Below are positions 50,560 through 60,113 of a stretch of DNA of 60,113 bases, in pieces; position 1 is the first letter of the stretch, and each line of letters opens with the position of its first letter. This DNA comes from Narcine bancroftii. Lineage: Eukaryota. A program made the position numbers and the translations under genes. A model generated the notes under the pieces. That model made no database searches, was not told where the DNA came from, and saw only the letters and a list, made by a program, of their open reading frames with translations. The stretch is from assembly GCF_036971445.1 (NCBI RefSeq), contig NC_091478.1, positions 30,755,888 through 30,816,000 on the forward strand. The letters are read 5' to 3'.

Positions 50560-51680
50560 AGGTTAGTTAGGAAGGTTCATGTGATAAGGATTAACTTTGA
50601 GATAATCAAATGGATTCAACAGTGGCTGGAAGGGAGATGCCAGAGAGTCATTGTGGATAAATGTTTGTCAGGCTGGAGACTGGTAACAAGCAGTGTGCCT
50701 CAGGTTTCTGTAATGGGTCCCTTGCTGTTTATCGTTTACATTAATGATCTGGATGATGGGGTGGTAAATTGGATTAGTAAATAGGTGGAATTGTGGATAA
50801 TGAAGAAAGTTTTTAAAGATTGCAAAAGGATTTGGATGACTTAGAAGAGTGGGCTGAAAGATGGCGGATGGAGTTTAATGCTGAGAAGTGTCCAGTGCTT
50901 CATTTTGGAAGGAATAATCAAAACAGGACGTACATAGTAAATGGGAGGGCAGTGAAGAATGCAGTGGAGCAGAATGATCTAGGAATAATGGCTCATCATT
51001 CCCTGAAAGTAGAATCTCATGTAGATAGGGTGGTGAAGAAGGCTTTTAGTATGCTGGCCTTTATAAATCAAAGCATAGAATACAGGAGTTGGGAAGTGAT
51101 GTTGAGACTAATTAAGGCATTGGTGAGGCCAAATTTAGAGTACCTTGTGGCATTCTGGCCACCAAATTACAGGAAGGATATCAATAAGGTAGAAAGAATG
51201 CAGAGAAGATTTATGAAAATATTACCTGGGTTTCAGAATGTAGATTACAAAGAAAGATTGAGCAGATTAGGTCTTTATTCCTTGGAACATTGAAGGTTGA
51301 GTGGGGTCTTGATAGAGGTATTTAAGATTATGAGGGGGATAGATAAGAGTTGATGTGAATAGGCTTTTTCCCTTGAGGGTAGGAGAGATTGAAACAAGAG
51401 GTCATGAGTTAAGAGTTAAGGGGAAAAAGTTTAGAAGTTACATGAGGGGGAACCTTCGCTCAAGAAAGTAGTGGCTGTATGGAATGAGCTTCTGGGAGTA
51501 GTGGTGGCAGGGTCCATTTTGTAATTTAAGAAAAAATTGGATAGGTATATGGATGGGAAGGGGAATGGAGGGTTATGGGCAAGGTGCAGGTAGGTGGGAC
51601 TAGAGCACAGGACTTGGTTCAGTGTGGATTAGAAGGGATGAGATGGCCTGTTTCTGTGCTGTAATTGTTATATTGTTATA
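50560..51680 (+). mobile_element. CR1-like LINE RT 3' part and 3' UTR
   Basis: ORFs 50482..50784 (VTSSVPQVSVMGPLLFIVYINDLD) and 50820..51293 (WRMEFNAEKC, LVRPNLEY, RLGLYSLE). Confidence 0.85.
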
Positions 51681-52860
51681 TGGTGTCCTACATGGATTAG
51701 TATTGATTCATGAGCTAAGGGGGAAGAGCAGTAGATAGTATTCAGCATAAGGTTTTCTTGCCCAGGGTTAACCTGATACCATGAGGTATTATTTGATCTG
51801 GAGTCAATGTTAAGGACAGTATACCATTGCATACCACTCAGTATAACACTGAGCTGCCATCTCTGCTGGATCTGTCTTGCCCGGTGGGATAGGACATACA
51901 CAGGGATGAAGCTGGTCATGTTTGGGATGTTGATTATAAGGTATGATTCCATTAGCAAGACTACATCAGGCTGTTGCAGAAGCAAATTACCCGACCAGCA
52001 TTACTTTGAAGATGTGGGAAGCTTTATATTCTATATTATCTAATTAAATTCTGAGATTTTAATAAGTTCTATTCAGTAAAGTTTAATGGGTTCTGAAAGT
52101 TTTTTCTGTGAAATTAATAACATTTGATCTCTCATTCGGTTCAAACTCACGGAATGAGCGAGTAAAAAAAGAGAAAACATCTTGGCTGTTAGGCCATCTA
52201 TTTTTTTTAAAACGTTTTCACAATGAATGATAAAAAGATAGCAATGCCATCAGGGTAACATCTTTGCTGTCAATCAAAATCAGAATGAACTACCATGGTC
52301 TAAGCAATCAACACTTCCATCAGGATTTAAATTTCAATTAATCCCTGTCAAGATGTAAACAAATAATGAGTTGGCTTGCCAAACAAAGCTCTTGACTTGC
52401 ATCCTGTAGACAGCACATAACTTTGACATCACCTTATAAATAAGAGAACTCCAATCTGATATGGCTCAAATTTATAGATATTTTTCCATTGCATCTTACA
52501 TTATTGAAAAAGAAAATCAATGGAGATTGAACCCAAAAACTCATGAAAACATTTGCAACGATCCTGGTTTGCGATGATGTCTTGCCCATTCAGTGCAGTG
52601 CGGAGAGGACACTAACATTGTGGTGTCTTCATTCTTCATCACATTATCTATTTGTTGTGAGAGCAGCAGGGCCTCGATTAATGTAATTATATACCACGCT
52701 CTCTAAAGCTTGGTGACAATAATTAAAGAATTAGCACAATATGATTTCTCAAGGTTCCAGCATTATAGGTGACGAATGCAGAGCAGCAAACAACATGAAA
52801 CAAAGTATTTGGATGTACATCAGAAATCAAAGGAACCAGATGAGCAGACAGCTATGGAAG

Positions 52861-53554
52861 TGTGAGAGATGGGAAAATTGACCTAAAATTATGAACATGG
52901 AAGAAACTAAAGTTCATCAGTAAAATGGCTGAAACCAGTTCAAACAGGATAAGTTTGGGGCTTAGGATGCAGGAAAGCAGAGTCAGCAAGATTAACATAA
53001 GAATCTTCTATCCTTTGTGACAAGACCATAGGACTAAGATAAGGAATGGTAAGGTACAATAGAATGTAGGAAGTTGAGGTAGTCTGGATCAGATAAGGGT
53101 CTCCTAGCCCTGGACAGAAGTACCAAGTCATACATTTCTAATTAGCTAACCATACACAGATTTATACATATGAAATTAGCCAACCCTAGATAGAATGAGT
53201 CAACTCTGCATATCAAGAGACTGTAGCCCCGAGAATCAGAAGGTGTGAATAAGGACAATGACATGAAGGGACACCGACAGGATAACCCCCCTGGTTCTCC
53301 AAGTATACTGAAATTGCACGTAGGCAGGCAGGATTGCCTAATGCCAAACCTCTCCAGCAGGAGGCAGAAGAATGTAAGGGGGAGGGTATTCCTACACTGA
53401 AATCAACTGTATAAAAGTTGGGTGAGCCCCAGTGTGTGTGTGTATTCCCAGGGTAAGGGGAAGCACCCAACTTTGCATTGTTGTAGTAATAAATGTTCTT
53501 TGTTCTCAATTTTTGTCTCGAGCAATTTCTTTAAAGGTACTTTAATTCCTAACA
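52861..53554 (+). repeat. ERV 5' LTR
   Basis: TGTGAG...CTAACA; TATAAAA at 53410-53416 and AATAAA at 53488-53493. Confidence 0.97.
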
Positions 53555-53556
53555 AA

Positions 53557-53574
53557 TGGGGGCTCGTCCGGGAT
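53557..53574 (+). promoter_or_regulatory. Primer binding site complementary to the tRNA-Pro 3' end
   Basis: TGGGGGCTCGTCCGGGAT, the canonical 18-nt MLV-type PBS-Pro, 2 nt after the 5' LTR. Confidence 0.95.
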
Positions 53575-53778
53575 CACACTCCCTCCACTGACAGAGTGCC
53601 CCGACGACGAGAGTAGGTGCACCCCGGCTGATTCAGCTGGACTCACGGGCGACGGGTGGCTGGTCAGTGGAAGAAGCGAGTGATATCCGAGAAGAGGCAT
53701 TGAGAACAAACGGCGGAAGGACGCGCGCTAGAGCAGTACTGCCAGAACTCGGTAAGAGTATTTTACTTGTTCCTAAGT

Positions 53779-54997
53779 ATGGGAATAGCGGGCAGTAGAG
53801 ATGAGAGTCCTGACACAGGACGTGACCACCAGATAGCTACGTACAGCCCGCTTGGGATGATGTTATCTGAGTGGGGCACAGGAAAGACCCGCGGTAAAGA
53901 CAAACTAGCGGGCAGTAGAGATGAGAGTCCTGACACAGGACGTGACCACCAGATAGCTACGTACAGCCCGCTTGGGATGATGTTATCTGAGTGGGGCACA
54001 GGAAAGACCCGCGGTAAAGACAAACTGACGACGGTCAGGTATTGTTGTAATGAATGGGTGGGATACCCGGTTAAAGGGAGCTCCGTGTACTGGCCAAAAT
54101 TCGGATCCGAGGATGAATGGATGTGTGAAGTTTGAACTTATGGCTCTATCAAAACCAGCCAGACAATGTTGAGAGCAGGGAATATGCAGCCTGCTGGCTC
54201 AAGGGATCCATTGAACAGCTGGTTTTGAATGAGAAAGAATTCAGGAATAAGAGAGAGGAGGAACCTCTTGTCCCTGAACCACAGGGTTGGGATGTGTTAC
54301 ATTCCCTCCCTCCACCTTATGTTCCTCCTATGCCGGCTCCTATCTTTCCTTCCCCTCCTATTGCCTACCCTTCTGCACCTTCCCCACCTCCCCCACCACT
54401 AGAGAAGAGAGAAGAGAGCAGGAGTGGTATGATAACTTGCTCACAAAGCACTCGATTACCACCTCTGTTGGCAGGAGAGAGAGGTAACTTTAATTCAGAA
54501 CAGCGTGAGACTCTTCAGGAAGAAGGCAGAACCCTTTGATTCATTTCCCAGGGAGCAGGAACCCAGACCTAATAAGCCAGAAACCAATTGGATGAGACCA
54601 CTGCGGGAAGTTCCCATGAGAGAGGGTCTCGGTTTCGTAAATGTGCCCCTGACCAGTACTGAAGTGTGTAACTTTAAGAAAGAACTGACCTCCCTGATAG
54701 AAGATCCCCAGGGATGTGCCGAACAGTTAGACCAATTTTTGGGACCAAATATATATACAATATGGGGGTCTCGACATAGAATCCCCAGCAGGGGAACAAT
54801 TGGTACTAACAGGTTTTGTTACCAACTCAGCCCCAGACATTAAGAGAAAATTACAAAAGACAGAAAATTGGCATGAGCAGGGAATAACCCAGCTTCTACA
54901 GATCACACAAAAAGCATTTGTCCAGACATCTGAGGATAAGCAGAAAGCAAAGGCTAACATTTTGATGCAAGCAGTTAAAGGAATAGTAGACGAGTAA
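53779..54997 (+). pseudogene. gag: ERV gag pseudogene (MA, late domains, partial CA), frameshifted and internally deleted
   Basis: ATG at 53779 gives MGIAGS (MGxxxS myristoylation motif). MA motifs SPLGMML..W and CNEWVGY..WPKFGS; late domains PPPY and PSAP; CA pieces PLREVP..VNVPLTSTEVCNFKKEL..LIEDP and FVTNSAPDIKRKLQK. Spread over four ORFs. Confidence 0.88.
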
Positions 54998-56465
54998 CAT
55001 GAAAAAAAAAGGCAGGGACTGTGTGCCAGCTCCTGAATGTTGGGAGAAGTGCAGGGAGTGGGAGAGTAGAGACCAGAGATAATTTCATAAATCACGACTT
55101 CCCACTTCAGTCACTGACCAATATTGATTAAAATTCATGCTAAAATTTAAATGTCATAAATGATCGTTTTTCAATACTGAAGAATTAGCGAATTTAACTA
55201 CCAGTTAATTCCAATTTATGAAATAAATTGTATTCAAATGTGATTTTGCACAGGGACTACCTGAGAATAGTGATGTTATAACATTTGCAGGGAGAAATGT
55301 TTGCGCAAATAGGGTGAGTTCTATACATCTTAACTTTAAGTGTATGTGAGATAAAGAAAGGATCTGATGTGTAAAGTGGCTGGATCAGCCAGTTGAAGGG
55401 GGAGTGTGCATGTCCCTTTAAGTGCACTGTGGCACTTGAAATTGAGGCTTCAGGCTCTTGTCTTGCAGTTAGAGATATGGAGCCCTATCAACACATTTAA
55501 TACATTTCTTCTACACATTCAGCAGTCAAGGTCCGTGAGTTTAAAGATCACCCACCTCTGGAGAATAAAGATACCTCTGGGGATTCCTATGGGGATTCCT
55601 ATAAGTTTAATCATTCATTTCTCTGGTGCATTTTCCTCTGGAGTGAAATTAATGCCTCAGCACAATTTCTCTGTATTGCCGCTGTTATTTAATTCATGAT
55701 AACTTTCCCCCATTCATCAGGTTTATATTTAAATCCGGTAGTGCGGAAGTTACATTGTAAATAATCACGGAGGTAAACCCTGCGCAACTGGATTCAGCTT
55801 AATGGAGAAATAAACCTGCGAACTGGTCTATGGTGCTGTGTGAGTACTGCAATAGGTGGAATATGATTTAAATTGGTGGCATAGTTCAGAACAATTGGGT
55901 GCATAAGAATAATAATATCATTAAGAACTCACAGATCTTGTACCAGATGCTATTCAGTACATCTTGACTTAAGGACTGGAGAAATTGGCATGTTAGAATG
56001 AGATTGGCATGGTACCAATATTTCTTGATTCAATAATGACTCCACAAGCTCCAGGATTCATGCAGCAGAACTTTTAAGTGGAATATAATAGAAACTAGCC
56101 TGTACTTAAATTATTGTGTGTGCAATCTTCATAAGAACATCTTTTAACTTTTTTTTGGTGCCTGTTTTACAGACTGTTTTAAATAAGGCCAGCTCCTGTG
56201 AGCTGTGGCACAAGGCATTTTACTTAAGGCAGAACTAAAGGTTGAATATGTTTCAAGTTCTCTTGCAGGGGCTCTTGTGCTGCAATGTCTGTTATGTACT
56301 CACTCTAACAAATTGGAGGGTTGTGCCCCATACAGACAAGCAGCTCCAACTGCATTTTAATAAGGTCTAACATATTCAAAACCCATGCAAATATGGTTTG
56401 TGTTTCATTTTACAATTTTTACACTAACACAAAGGAAAGTCAGATTGTTATTCATTTTATTAAAA

Positions 56466-56606
56466 TCTAGTGATTGGTTATATGTAAAAGCATGGCAAGA
56501 GGATCAACTAAAACCTGCCTGGGATGGTCCCTTCTGTGTACTTTTAATTACAGACACCGCAGTAAGAACAAGAGAGAAAGGCTGGACCCACATTCAAAGA
56601 ATTAAT
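56466..56606 (+). pseudogene. Retroviral integrase C-terminal (GPY/F) remnant
   Basis: DWLYVKAW..QLKPAWDGPFCVLLITDTAVRT.EKGWTH, typical of class I integrase C-termini. Confidence 0.85.
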
Positions 56607-56644
56607 GACAAAGTGCCATAATGTTACAATTTTATTCGTTTTTT

Positions 56645-57100
56645 TAATGGTTTATTCAGTTTTGTGTATTTTATTGCTGTTTTCAATGAGCTTTACATTT
56701 ATCGTGGTTTATTCAGTTTTTGTGTATTTTATTGCTGTTTTCAATGAGCTTTACATTTATTGTGGTTTTATTCAGTTCTTCTTGCATTTTATTGCAGTTT
56801 TCAATGAGCTTTACATTTATTGTGGTTTTATTCAGTTCTTCTTGCATTTTATTGCAGTTTTCAATGAGCTTTACATTTATTGTGTTTTATTCAGTTCTTA
56901 CTGTATTTTATTGCAGTTTCCAATGAGTTTGACATTTATTGTGGTTTTATTCAGTTCTTCTTGCATTTTATTGCAGTTTTCAATGAGCTTTACATTTATT
57001 GTGTTTTATTCAGTTCTTATTGTATTTTATTGCAGTTTTCAATGAGCTTTACATTTTTTGTGTTTTATTCAGTTCTTATTGTATTTTAATGAGCTTACAT
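56645..57100. repeat. AT-rich 57-60-bp tandem array, about 7-8 copies, inside the ERV
   Basis: Unit ATTTATTGTGGTTTTATTCAGTTCTTCTTGCATTTTATTGCAGTTTTCAATGAGCTTTAC. Confidence 0.93.
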
Positions 57101-58000
57101 GTATTCTTCATTGTTGTTTACTAATTTCTTTGGAATATTGTTCGTTAATGTTTTAAGCCCCCCTGGAATAGGGGCAGCAGAGGTTACAATTCAGCTCCTT
57201 TAGAATGTAGACAGGGCATAGATTTAATGTATAGTCATAATGGGATATAAGGGATCCCAATACGGACCAGGGGAATTAAACAGCTTTAGTGGAGTACTCT
57301 CGATGTTTTAAGTACTTCTGGAGAAGGGGTAGCAGAGGTTACAGATTGTACTGTTTTACAGGCTAGAGAGGGCATAGAGGCAAGGTATTTAGAATACGGA
57401 TCAGGGAAACACAGTGGGGATAGGCAGTCACACAGTGAGGCACCTGTGTACACAGACTAACCGCAAAATAAACAATGTACATTTCACACAAAGGGGGAAA
57501 CTAACAAGCTAACCGCAAAACAAACAGACACTTCACACAACCACGAGACACATAATCCCCCACCTGGCTCTCTCTCTGATCATCCCTGAAGGGGAACACC
57601 TGTTTTCAGGGAGCTGCTGCTCATCTGGTGCTTATATAACGTGGAAAGGAGCGAAGTAGAGTGCAGGGTGTCAAAATCCTCACAAAGGACATGGTGGGAC
57701 AAAGACAGACAGAATGGTAGTCAGGATTGTACATGTAGCAGAGAGAGAGAGAGTTGACACATATGCTAATGTTAGCAGACAAGCTGCAACACACAGTTAA
57801 ATCACAAGAAACAATCCCCCCCCAGCTTGGTCTCTTTTCATCACCCCATGAAAGGGAGCACCAGTTTCCAACAACGTGAGCTGCTTGACACTTTAATATC
57901 AGGCTCCAAACAGCCTTCGGAGATCGGTGGCCCTAGGGTTCGGGGCTGAAGAGGACATCAGATACTAGCCACAATCAAACGGAACCGCCTGACTACTGCT

Positions 58001-58160
58001 ACTCGTTCGCTGCTGAAGGCAGCGCTTCTCATAGACTGCGACTCGTTCGCTGCTGAAGGCAGCGCTTCTCATAGACTGCGACTCGTTCGCTGCTGAAGGC
58101 AGCGCTTCTCATAGACTGCGACTCGTTCGCTGCTGAAGGCAGCGCTTCTCACAGACTTCG
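58001..58160. repeat. 40-bp tandem repeat x4, each unit containing a stem-loop
   Basis: Unit ACTCGTTCGCTGCTGAAGGCAGCGCTTCTCATAGACTGCG, with internal CGCTGC-TGAAG-GCAGCG. Confidence 0.95.
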
Positions 58161-58511
58161 TCGGGACAACACTTACAAAGGTCGTGTGCTTCAAAGACAC
58201 TGCTTCAATATTTCAACGTATGGGATGGACTAGACTTTTTACTGAGAACTGGAGCCTGATACTCCAAACCCTAATAAGCAGCTGGACTCACTCCCCTGAC
58301 CTTCATGGTGCTCCCCTACCTAAAGACTTTACACAGACATTACAATTCGGTTATTGACCAGCTGGGTAAAACTACACCTTACACTTGAAAGATCAGTGTT
58401 ACTGATCTAAAAGAAAAGTGAGGAAAAGGGGGGGGGGGGATCAGTCACACTGACACTAGTAACCAAAGATCAGTAACACTGATCATGGTGAAAGATCAGT
58501 ATTACTGATCT

Positions 58512-58527
58512 AAAAGAAAAGTGAGGA
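58512..58527 (+). promoter_or_regulatory. Polypurine tract before the 3' LTR (duplicate copy at 58409-58424)
   Basis: AAAAGAAAAGTGAGGA ending 1 nt upstream of the LTR start. Confidence 0.85.
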
Positions 58528-58528
58528 T

Positions 58529-59222
58529 TGTGAGAGATGGGAAAATTGACCTAAAATTATGAACATGGAAGAAACTAAAGTTCATCAGTAAAATGGCTGA
58601 AACCAGTTCAAACAGGATAAGTTTGGGGCTTAGGATGCAGGAAAGCAGAGTCAGCACGATTAACATAAGAATCTTCTATCCTTTGTGACAAGACCATAGG
58701 ACTAAGATAAGGAATGGTAAGGTACAATAGAATGTAGGAAGTTGAGGTAGTCTGGATCAGATAAGGGTCTCCTAGCCCTGGACAGAAGTACCAAGTCATA
58801 CATTTCTAATTAGCTAACCATACACAGATTTATACATATGAAATTAGCCAACCCTAGATAGAATGAGTCAACTCTGCATATCAAGAGACTGTAGCCCCGA
58901 GAATCAGAAGGTGTGAATAAGGACAATGACATGAAGGGACACCGACAGGATAACCCCCCTGGTTCTCCAAGTATACTGAAATTGCACGTAGGCAGGCAGG
59001 ATTGCCTAATGCCAAACCTCTCCAGCAGGAGGCAGAAGAATGTAAGGGGGAGGGTATTCCTACACTGAAATCAACTGTATAAAAGTTGGGTGAGCCCCAG
59101 TGTGTGTGTGTATTCCCAGGGTAAGGGGAAGCACCCAACTTTGCATTGTTGTAGTAATAAATGTTCTTTGTTCTCAATTTTTGTCTCGAGCAATTTCTTT
59201 AAAGGTACTTTAATTCCTAACA
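58529..59222 (+). repeat. ERV 3' LTR
   Basis: Copy of 52861-53554 at offset 5668; the only difference seen by eye is A52989 versus C58657. Confidence 0.97.
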
Positions 59223-59539
59223 GAAGTCAATGTCACGAGATTAGGTCCAATAGCCTGCTGGAGTGCAACTAGAAATTCAATGATCTCACGGGAGGGGTCA
59301 AAAATGTTAAACAGCTTCAATTAACATATTTTGCCATTCCAACCATCAACTTATGTGACTGATCAAGTTGCTATACTTCCTCACCTCACCTATCAACCAC
59401 CTTTATCAGTCAAAATTAAGCCAGAATGATATGTTTCCTTCTCCCTCCCCACTGGATTTAGCACTGGTGCAAATCCCTGCACAGCTTCTTCTTCCACCTT
59501 CATCTGTTCCTTATATAGCTCTTCCTCTTCCTTTAAATA

Positions 59540-59795
59540 TAAAAAAAATTAGACATACAGCACAGTATTAGGCCATTTTGGCTCACAAGTCCGTGGCGAC
59601 CAACTTACATCCAATTAACCTTCACTCCTGGTATGTATAGAACAGTGGGAGGAAACTGGAGCCCCCATGGAAAACCCAGGCAGACACGGGGAGAACGTAC
59701 AAACTTCTTACAGACAGTGCAGGATTCGAACCTTTATCCCAATCACTGGCACTGTGACGGCATTGCACTAACTGCTACACTAGCTGTGCTGCCCC
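59540..59795 (-). mobile_element. tRNA-derived SINE
   Basis: Same family as 29818-30070 (tail aattagacatacagcac; the reverse strand has GGTTCGAATCC). Confidence 0.8.
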
Positions 59796-60113
59796 AACCT
59801 TGCCTTCCTTTTCCTTGCGCTCCAGATTTTCAACTCCTTGATGACAAGACCTGTTCCTTCATGCATCAGAAATCAGAAAGCCCATCCAGTTGATCACTGC
59901 AGAGCTTCTTCAGAAGATTCTAATTTCAGTATTTTATCTTTCTCAGCCTGAAGATGCTCCATGGGACTATGGCTTTTGTTCATTGCAAGTTCTCTAGAAG
60001 TGCACATATCATGCATTAAAGTCAATAACCAGTTGTCAACAGATAGCCTCTGGAGATAGCATGTTCATTTTAAATATGTCAAATTGGCATTTCAGTTGCT
60101 GGTCCATTTAACA

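Larger units (their letters stand above)
52861..59222 (+). mobile_element. Non-autonomous class I (gamma/epsilon-like) endogenous retrovirus, complete LTR-to-LTR provirus
   Basis: Two 694-bp TG...CA LTRs, 4-bp TSD GAAG (52857-52860, 59223-59226), tRNA-Pro PBS, broken gag, integrase C-terminal remnant and PPT; no RT or env recognisable. Confidence 0.95.

Noticed and set aside
53213-53509. Identical 98-aa minus-strand ORF occurring twice (also 58881..59177)
   Set aside because: It simply reflects the two LTR copies and has no recognisable protein features.
56605-57089. Hydrophobic multi-pass membrane-like ORFs in the env position
   Set aside because: They are translations of a T-rich tandem array; unit length varies (57-60 bp) and shifts frame, and there are no Env motifs (furin site, CX6CC).
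57431-57458. Cryptic 12-RSS (CACAGTG + 12 nt + ACACAGACT)
   Set aside because: The nonamer matches only 6/9 with a break in the A tract, there is no partner 23-RSS or V/J segment, and such sites are expected by chance.
58001-58160. CRISPR-like palindromic repeats
   Set aside because: Units are head-to-tail with no unique spacers, there are no cas genes, and the context is a vertebrate ERV.
46957-60113. Search for TdT exons 1-2 (BRCT) and promoter
   Set aside because: No matching sequence was found by eye; assumed to lie beyond the window, so no feature is called.

Overview
Eukaryotic (vertebrate) genomic DNA, most likely a cartilaginous fish judging from the repeat content (inference). There is no prokaryotic system, CRISPR array, rRNA or tRNA gene. 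The whole window appears to lie inside one minus-strand gene for a family-X DNA polymerase, best called terminal deoxynucleotidyl transferase (DNTT/TdT). Five consecutive coding exons (equivalent to human exons 3-7) were found by hand at 46855-46956, 19774-19944, 18251-18322, 16632-16755 and 14455-14587, all with AG/GT boundaries and compatible phases; exons 1-2 and 8-11 were not found. The introns are packed with transposable elements: a near full-length RTE LINE with a 7-bp TSD, a decayed full-length L1, three 5'-inverted L1 insertions, CR1 pieces, a scrambled Gypsy relic, hAT and Tigger-like MITEs (two with expanded GC-rich minisatellites) and SINEs. The most unusual object is a very young non-autonomous class-I ERV (52861-59222). 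It has 694-bp LTRs differing at one base by eye, a GAAG TSD and a tRNA-Pro PBS. Its pol/env are replaced by a non-viral segment with splice-like signals, an AT-rich ~60-bp array, four tandem stem-loop units and a hairpin cluster with a duplicated PPT. An assembly gap (N run) lies at 7628-7790. All calls are by eye with no database searches; comparisons to human proteins are from memory.
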